Below are positions 57,740-64,000 of a stretch of 64,000 nucleotides of DNA, in pieces. The position numbers were made by a program, and so were the translations under genes. How positions within the stretch are numbered: the stretch's first letter is position 1; the number at the start of each line of letters is the position of its first letter. The notes beneath the pieces were generated by a model. It worked only from the letters and a program-made list of their open reading frames with translations, was not told the origin of the DNA and did not search any database. Origin of the DNA: a virus (lineage: Duplodnaviria > Caudoviricetes); the IMG/VR virus record IMGVR_UViG_3300005805_000060, positions 1 through 64,000 of that record; one strand, given 5' to 3'.

Positions 57740-58365
57740 ACCTGTTGCGCCCACCACAATGGTCGCCAGGCTTCGTCCACTGACAGTACTGGCAATGTGT
57801 TGATGTCTGATCGCACATAGAAGGCATTGACTCCGCGGCTCTCACAATAGACCAGATCATATCCCAATCGTGTGGCCTGTTGAGTGAGACTCAACAGGCT
57901 GGCACCAAACTGTTTTTGCCAAGGCTGCCAGCAGTAGTTGTCATTACGAGGCATGACATATTCATCACTGGCAGCAAAACTGCCGTTGTATTCCATGACA
58001 CACACACGAGGTCGAAACGCAGCACCAATCGCTTCACGTAGATGCCAGTCATTACCGTCCACGTCCACACTGAGCACATCAAACTGAGTTGGCACGCCCA
58101 GCGCACGGAACTGGCTTACTATGTTGTCTACCGTCAGTATCTGTCGAGAAAACTCACAACGGTGAGGACGATATTGCAATTCCTCAAAATCAAACCAGTA
58201 CACAAGCCAACCAAGATCGGCCAAGAGCCTGGTGTTGTTTTCTAGGCCGTTGCCGGCTCCAAATTCCACAGCAGTACGATATTCGGTGCCTATCTGTCCC
58301 AATATATAGGCAAGGATACCATCCTCACCGTTTTGGCTGTATATCTTGGCTTCGTGTTCTCTCAT
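57736..58365 (-). CDS. FkbM-like SAM methyltransferase
   Basis: YSQNGEDGI, EFGAGNG and SVDVDGND; paralog of 40349..41062. Confidence 0.78.
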   Translation of the reverse strand: MREHEAKIYSQNGEDGILAYILGQIGTEYRTAVEFGAGNGLENNTRLLADLGWLVYWFDFEELQYRPHRCEFSRQILTVDNIVSQFRALGVPTQFDVLSVDVDGNDWHLREAIGAAFRPRVCVMEYNGSFAASDEYVMPRNDNYCWQPWQKQFGASLLSLTQQATRLGYDLVYCESRGVNAFYVRSDINTLPVLSVDEAWRPLWWAQQV

Positions 58366-58471
58366 GTGGCTACCTGGGTATCATGCTAATAGTGTTGCAA
58401 GCATGATGTTATTTACACACCCTGATGCTGCCAGGAAACGAAACCGTGCCTAGCCCAACTCAACCAATTTT

Positions 58472-58972
58472 TTATTTTCTCACTTCCTTGGTTGTATCAG
58501 GCCACCATTCGGGATCTGGATCTAATCGATTTTTATACAGTTGTTTGATGCGACGTTCGTATTCGTCCTTGCTACCTTCCACGCGGCCCGATACCACGTC
58601 CAACACATAGTTCAAGGTCACTGCATTGGCACTGAGAGTGGCGCAACGTGCGGTCACTTCATTTTTCAACAGATCCAACAGGATGCTTTCTGATGATTCT
58701 GCCAGGACTCTCACAAACTTCTTGGGCACATGCAGATCTATGGTGCTGTACACAAAATCATAGTGTGGAGCCGGACAGCAGTGCAAGATGTACTCGTCCA
58801 TGACTTCAATGCGCTTGAAGCCGTCCCGATCGTACCAAACCGCACGCTCTGCTGTGAGCTCGGCGGGGGCACCTAGTTTTTTGGTCAGTTGTCGAACAAA
58901 ATCTCTGGGTTCATGGTTGTTCCACTGTGCCAGTAGATTTTGGCTTTCAAGCAAGATGTCATGTATCAGCAT
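58472..58972 (-). CDS. Hypothetical protein (MLIHDILLE start)
   Basis: TAAATA 5 nt before the ATG at 58972. Confidence 0.6.
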   Translation of the reverse strand: MLIHDILLESQNLLAQWNNHEPRDFVRQLTKKLGAPAELTAERAVWYDRDGFKRIEVMDEYILHCCPAPHYDFVYSTIDLHVPKKFVRVLAESSESILLDLLKNEVTARCATLSANAVTLNYVLDVVSGRVEGSKDEYERRIKQLYKNRLDPDPEWWPDTTKEVRK

Positions 58973-59594
58973 GGGTGTATTTATGTTCAATCCAAAAGCC
59001 CAGTCGGTCGCCGGCTGGACTGTCATACCATGTGGTGAATGGAGGCTGTGGCCCAGCGGCATCACACCATACAGGGTAGATCACATCACTGTCATGATTG
59101 CAAAAATCGTCGTTGTAGCGCAGATGCAGTTCGATCACGGTGGATCCTATGTATTCCACATTGAGCCATTGTGTGGTCACTGCCAACTCACGCACAAATT
59201 CAGGCAAGGGATAAGACTCAAAAATACGTTGCCAGCGACTAAACCTGTCCAGTCTAGTGGCATCATCTCGGAAGCCTTCCACGGCCAGAATCTGAACACC
59301 ATAGTTGTAGTCCACACTCACATGACGGCCTTGCAAAATTTCACTCCAGAAAAACCCATCAGGCACAGCATCAGGATTGGCCACACGCAGGTGTTGTAGG
59401 CTGGCACCACGGCCCATCATTCGGATGTTGGTTATGGGTCGCACTATGTAGGTGTCATCTCGAGGCACTGGAACTCCAGCCGGTCCAGCGACCATGCCCT
59501 GCTTGCGGGCCACAATCAGTTTGTCGTAGATCCAGAGCCAGTCAGTGGGACACTTGGACCATACGTCCAAATCGCTGATGAATTGGGCAGACAT
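58959..59594 (-). CDS. ATP-grasp-like phage protein
   Basis: YIVRPITN..MMGRGA, FWSE..GRHVSVDY and IELHLR pattern. Confidence 0.55.
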   Translation of the reverse strand: MSAQFISDLDVWSKCPTDWLWIYDKLIVARKQGMVAGPAGVPVPRDDTYIVRPITNIRMMGRGASLQHLRVANPDAVPDGFFWSEILQGRHVSVDYNYGVQILAVEGFRDDATRLDRFSRWQRIFESYPLPEFVRELAVTTQWLNVEYIGSTVIELHLRYNDDFCNHDSDVIYPVWCDAAGPQPPFTTWYDSPAGDRLGFWIEHKYTHADT

Positions 59595-59640
59595 GTGTGA
59601 CTGTATTTACATGGTCACCAGGTACACAACAGGTTTTGTA

Positions 59641-60273
59641 TTAAACCTGCACGACCGTGACTATGACCGAGGGTACCAGAGGACCAGGGCCTTCACTGGG
59701 CAGTGCTACAATGTCAATTCCGGCAAAACTGCTCCACCAAGCCAACTTCACATGGTCACCGGCTTGCAAGGGCTCAACATAGTTCCAACCAACAATCACT
59801 TTGGTATTGTTGCCCGTAAACGTCACAGCACCACCGGAGTCAGGCACCGTGACACCATTTTTTTCCAGCCATACTTCCATGTTGTGTGTGCCACCGCCCA
59901 CTTGTATGAATTGTGTGCTGAATTGGATATCATAAACACCGGTAAAATCCACAGTGATCTCGTCACTATTGACAATGCTCACATGATTATTGCTGGAGGT
60001 CGTGTTCAACTGCATGTAGTTGACGTTGCCGGTGTCGTTGTTTTGATTGGTAGTGTCGTAGAATGAACCATAAAATTTTGTTGCATTAGCATTGGCCAAG
60101 AGAACAAGATCACCGTTGTTGTCGCCCACAAAAAGATTAAGTGCATTTTGTTCTACTACCAATTCAGCAGGTCTGGCATTGCCATCATATTGGACCACAG
60201 TGACCTGTGCGTTGTCCTTCATGGCCGCGCGACTGATACCGGTGATATCCGAGTAAGGCGGCGGGATGGCCAT
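59641..60273 (-). CDS. Putative virion protein with C1q/BclA-like beta domain
   Basis: YGSFYD...GVYDIQFSTQ..WLEKNG pattern. Confidence 0.55.
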   Translation of the reverse strand: MAIPPPYSDITGISRAAMKDNAQVTVVQYDGNARPAELVVEQNALNLFVGDNNGDLVLLANANATKFYGSFYDTTNQNNDTGNVNYMQLNTTSSNNHVSIVNSDEITVDFTGVYDIQFSTQFIQVGGGTHNMEVWLEKNGVTVPDSGGAVTFTGNNTKVIVGWNYVEPLQAGDHVKLAWWSSFAGIDIVALPSEGPGPLVPSVIVTVVQV

Positions 60274-60662
60274 TATCTAGGATACCCCGAAAATGGTTTT
60301 ATGGGGCTGGTCTTGTTCACTGTGTTCATTTCCTCGCTGCGCATGTCCCCATGATTGAGGTCACGATATTCAGCACCCGCGGCTCGATAGGCCAACTTGA
60401 GCATGTCCTGTTCTTCCTGGGTATAGGGGTGTGCAGTTTTTCCCTTTCCTACCCAACTGGTTTGATCCATTTCCGGCGGTGTCTTACCATCGGTAGCTGC
60501 CACTGCCATCATCACGCGATTCAGAGTGTAATCAGAATTCCAATTGGACGTGCCGCCGGCATCACGACCAGTGTCACTGAAAACATTGAGTCCCCGTGTG
60601 GCCATCTGACGGCGTGCGCCTAATACGCCACGGTCTTCCTTGATAAAGTCACGGGCTCTCAT
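60273..60662 (-). CDS. Hypothetical protein, probable head-internal protein (MRARDFIKE)
   Basis: N-terminal motif ending in E, like a capsid-targeting sequence. Confidence 0.55.
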   Translation of the reverse strand: MRARDFIKEDRGVLGARRQMATRGLNVFSDTGRDAGGTSNWNSDYTLNRVMMAVAATDGKTPPEMDQTSWVGKGKTAHPYTQEEQDMLKLAYRAAGAEYRDLNHGDMRSEEMNTVNKTSPIKPFSGYPR

Positions 60663-60670
60663 GTTGGGTA

Positions 60671-60958
60671 TCAGCTGCCTGCGCCAATTACACCAGCAGT
60701 GGCCGAGCTTGCTGTGCCCAATTCAAGAGCCGTCACGTTGGCAGTGGTTTCAATGGTAACATGGTTTCCTGCACCAGAATAAAGATCATAACTGCCAGCA
60801 GGATAACCAATGGGTTGACTGTATAGGTTACCCACGGCATTGGCCGAGCCAAGTGCCACTGCATAGACCTGATAGGTAAAAGGGCCATCACAATTGACTC
60901 GCAATTTATCAGTATAAACTGTGGCATTGGCCAAGGTGTAATATACGTTTGCAGCCAT
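60671..60958 (-). CDS. Small putative virion protein
   Basis: 95 aa, beta-rich, A/G/T-rich. Confidence 0.55.
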   Translation of the reverse strand: MAANVYYTLANATVYTDKLRVNCDGPFTYQVYAVALGSANAVGNLYSQPIGYPAGSYDLYSGAGNHVTIETTANVTALELGTASSATAGVIGAGS

Positions 60959-61158
60959 TATGTTTGATCCTTGTTGTTGGGTCCGCGATAGGGTTGATAC
61001 AATCGCCTGGTTTGATCTAATACCCCAGGAATATCTACCGCTGCGGTTCGCGGAGTAGGTTGCACCGGCACTGTGCGATGTAGATCCTTCGGCGGTTGAT
61101 TGTGTATGTTAGAGTATATTTTGTCCACTGACATGATTACCAGGCCCTGCATGACCAA
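60958..61158 (-). CDS. Small hypothetical protein
   Basis: Short ORF in a coupled run. Confidence 0.45.
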   Translation of the reverse strand: MVMQGLVIMSVDKIYSNIHNQPPKDLHRTVPVQPTPRTAAVDIPGVLDQTRRLYQPYRGPNNKDQT

Positions 61159-62132
61159 TAGCGGGCTTTATGTCTCGGTCCTGGGTTTGCACAATTATGC
61201 CGAGCTCGAAAATTTTTTCTTCTCTTGGGATTTGACTTCTTGATTTTCATGGTCTTGTCACCAAAGTTAACCTTGACCACATTGCCCTTGGGTCCTCGCA
61301 CATAGACCTTGCTCTTTTTGACATCACCTTGCATGGGTTTGCCCAAGGGTACTTCACGACCTTGATACTTGGCTTCGTCCATCATGGGTTCGTCGTCGTA
61401 CTGTTCAGCGTCCAGTTGATTGGCATAGTCATGGTCGTTGTCTTCTTCATGGTCGCGCATGTCCAGGAACAGCTCGCTGATGGCTTCAATTTTGTCTGAA
61501 TCAATTCCTTCGCGTTGCAGGAACTTGTCCACCATGGCCAGGAACATGTCGTCGTCAATATCACGCGGGATGTTGTGACGTTCCTGGAACTCGTAGTAGA
61601 GATCGTTGACCCAGTTCTTGGCGGCACCTTCTTGTACTGCGGGCATGGCTGCTGGTGGCATACCAGCCAACTCTTGTAGGCGTCGTAGGTCATCCAAGCC
61701 TTCCGCCATGCCTTGCTTTTTCAATTCAATGCTGGTTATATTCTTTAGTCCTTGCTGTTTGGCTAATTCTCTAGCATGGCCTAGACTCTTGGCTGTAATA
61801 GTGCTTCCGAGCCGTTCAGAACCATCAGTGTCTTGAATATACACTTTGTATTCCTGCTGTTTTTTACCCTCCGCCATGCCTTCCTCAAACTCTTCGGCAC
61901 TGGGCGGGCTGATCTCACGGCGATAGGGATCTGCTGTTTCCAGCATGCCGTAGCTTTCCAAGATCCGCATCATGTGTTCATCAGCTGCCAAGACCACACT
62001 GTCTTCTGTGACATCTACGATGTGACTTTCTACCAGGCATTCCTCACGGATGTTGATGGCAAAGTCGTCGCCCACAGCCGGGCTGTTGACCCAGGCTGCG
62101 CTTTCTTGCATGTAGTCTTGTAGTTGTTTCAT
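61137..62132 (-). CDS. Modular head-internal polyprotein with C-terminal DUF6321-like domain
   Basis: MKQLQDYMQE start, two GMAEG sites and C-terminal KVNFGD...RARHNC...YWSCRAW. Confidence 0.65.
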   Translation of the reverse strand: MKQLQDYMQESAAWVNSPAVGDDFAINIREECLVESHIVDVTEDSVVLAADEHMMRILESYGMLETADPYRREISPPSAEEFEEGMAEGKKQQEYKVYIQDTDGSERLGSTITAKSLGHARELAKQQGLKNITSIELKKQGMAEGLDDLRRLQELAGMPPAAMPAVQEGAAKNWVNDLYYEFQERHNIPRDIDDDMFLAMVDKFLQREGIDSDKIEAISELFLDMRDHEEDNDHDYANQLDAEQYDDEPMMDEAKYQGREVPLGKPMQGDVKKSKVYVRGPKGNVVKVNFGDKTMKIKKSNPKRRKNFRARHNCANPGPRHKARYWSCRAW

Positions 62133-62135
62133 GAG

Positions 62136-64000
62136 TTAGGCCTTGTATTGCTGCCAGAGTCGACGCATGTTCAAGATGCTCTCTTCCACTTTCTCGTCGT
62201 CCTTGTCGTCGGCTGCTTTTTTCATAGGCTCTGTCTTGTCGCCGTCCTTGTCAATGTCTAGAAAGTCAGGCTTGGCTTCCTGGATGCCGGCCAGGCTCTG
62301 CATGCGTTGGATACTTTCGTATGCGCTGTCTTCGCCAGAGTGGCTGGTTTCGTGCAGAGAATCGTGTGCTGCTTGATGTACTATGTCGCTGTTCTCTTGC
62401 TCAAATTCAGCCAACTCGTCATCAGACAAGGGAGTACCATCAGTATACTCGGCTCGGGATAGGTATGCATCTACCAGGTCAGGATAGTCCCGGGTGTCAA
62501 CTCCGTCCACTTCCAAGGATGTTACATCAACCATCTTGCCACGGAACGGAATCCCGTCCTGATCATCTTCGGATACACGCACCGCTGTTACAGGCACTGT
62601 GGTCTGTCCTGCACCGGCCACATCAGTCTTGGGCTTGTTGAGTCCACCCGAGTATTGCAGCGCATCATCTGACTGTGCAGTATTGGTAGGCCAGTCAGGT
62701 TGATTTTCATCTACCATTTTGGAGTGCATGCAAGGTGTAGTTCCGCAACCACAGTCGCTACCCTGGCTGTCGCCACCAATACCGGCATTGCGTAGCAGTT
62801 CCTTGAGACGTCCAGCATCTTCATCTGTGGCAGTCACAGTGACTGAATCGCCACCTTCGGTGCTGCTGTTGATGTTCACGCTCATGCTTTCTGAGATCAT
62901 CTGTTCCAGTTCACGGTTCAGGCTGTCGTAGATACCTCTACCAAACTGCATGCCACCCTTCTTGGGTGCCGCAGCCGGCGCAGTAGCGACCGAACCTGAC
63001 GTGGTAGTTTCTTCCACGTCCTCGGCACCTTTCTTTTTCTTGGGCAGGCCTTTTTCCTTGGTGGTTGCGAACTTGTGCAATTCACCCTTGCTCATCTTGG
63101 CCATCTCTCGTGATGCACCGCGCAGTTCTGACTTGGGCAGATCACCTTTTTTGGCTGCGTATGCAATACCTGCTGCTGCACGCTGAGACTTGCTGACTGC
63201 TTTTTCAGCCACTGGCTCTACGCTGTCTTTCTGTGCCTTCATGTAGTCACGGGCAGTGTCAAGATAGTCCACGGCCATGGTGATCTTTTTCTGTACCCAC
63301 TCAGGCAAGTTCTCGTCAGCATCAAGAATACTACGAAGTTCAGCCGCAGCCTCTTTGGCAGTGCTCAGCTGATCGTGCGCCATGTCGCCTTCTTGATCGT
63401 ATTCACCTTGATCTACAGGATCGATGTCAGTTTCAGCAATGGCACCTTTTTTCAACAGTTTGCTCGTGAAGCCGGGGCCCTTGGCGCCAATGCTACGACC
63501 AGTGCCTTTGGGTCGACCACGCTTGCGCGGTGCGTCTGTGGCTGACTTGGTCTTGCTGCGGGGTGAGTCCTCATCATCCTCGTCGTCAGTTTCTTGGCGT
63601 GCGCCGCCATAGGCACGACCTGCCACAAAGCGAGTTGATGCCTTCTGTTCTTCTTCGCCGCGCTCACGACGTTCGGCTTCTCGGCGATCGCGCAGGTCAT
63701 CGATCTTGCCTTCTTCCATTTCTTTCTTGGCTAGATTTTTACCGGCTCCAACTCTAGTAACTTTGTTATCAAAATTTGGGTCCATTTGTCTATGAGATGG
63801 TTGCTGTTCAACGCCGCCCGGCAATGAATCTGTTCTTGTAGGCACAACACCACCGCCACCGCGAGTGGGTTTTGCCGATTGAGAACCAAATTTGTCATAT
63901 TTTGAAGCTGTAGCAGATTGCCGTTGATCCGCTCTATTTTTCCTCACTGTGGCAGCAAGCTCATCACGTTCCCCTTGATTTGCCGGCGGACGATATCCTC
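62136..64000 (-). CDS. Modular head-internal polyprotein (5' end beyond window)
   Basis: Frame open to 64000; AT-hook RKRGRPK, DUF3008-like AVSKSQR...TKEKGLP and KPDFLDIDKDGD EF-hand-like motif. Confidence 0.65.
   Translation of the reverse strand, partial: GYRPPANQGERDELAATVRKNRADQRQSATASKYDKFGSQSAKPTRGGGGVVPTRTDSLPGGVEQQPSHRQMDPNFDNKVTRVGAGKNLAKKEMEEGKIDDLRDRREAERRERGEEEQKASTRFVAGRAYGGARQETDDEDDEDSPRSKTKSATDAPRKRGRPKGTGRSIGAKGPGFTSKLLKKGAIAETDIDPVDQGEYDQEGDMAHDQLSTAKEAAAELRSILDADENLPEWVQKKITMAVDYLDTARDYMKAQKDSVEPVAEKAVSKSQRAAAGIAYAAKKGDLPKSELRGASREMAKMSKGELHKFATTKEKGLPKKKKGAEDVEETTTSGSVATAPAAAPKKGGMQFGRGIYDSLNRELEQMISESMSVNINSSTEGGDSVTVTATDEDAGRLKELLRNAGIGGDSQGSDCGCGTTPCMHSKMVDENQPDWPTNTAQSDDALQYSGGLNKPKTDVAGAGQTTVPVTAVRVSEDDQDGIPFRGKMVDVTSLEVDGVDTRDYPDLVDAYLSRAEYTDGTPLSDDELAEFEQENSDIVHQAAHDSLHETSHSGEDSAYESIQRMQSLAGIQEAKPDFLDIDKDGDKTEPMKKAADDKDDEKVEESILNMRRLWQQYKA

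Overview
This 64-kb window is from a large lytic T4-like (Caudoviricetes, myovirus-type) phage genome, coded almost entirely on the minus strand. It carries DNA ligase, nrdA/nrdB/glutaredoxin, PAAR and tail genes, a PD-(D/E)XK exonuclease, dCMP deaminase, IscA, gp41-like helicase, primase, a miniature DnaE-like polymerase, uvsW/uvsX/uvsY, gp32 SSB, terminase large subunit, two glycosylation clusters and several probable head-internal proteins. The main result is a set of fractured genes. UvsW is encoded in three separate ORFs joined by two split inteins, and TerL in two ORFs joined by an atypical split intein. Each break holds a free-standing endonuclease gene with its own (C/T)ATAAATA late promoter. 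The terL-locus promoter overlaps a 24-nt copy of the intein-less insertion site (LY-DEFAFV), which suggests an operator or a relic of the fracturing event. Other signals are paired inverted IHF-consensus boxes upstream of two early promoters, many apparently leaderless genes, a GC-rich shuffled cassette array, a GMAEG-flanked peptide module, a nucleotidyltransferase plus KxDG fusion, and a five-domain GT/MTase/radical-SAM protein. All calls come from motif recognition by eye; no database searches were run, and Pfam/DUF names are from memory. No rRNA, tRNA or CRISPR array was seen.
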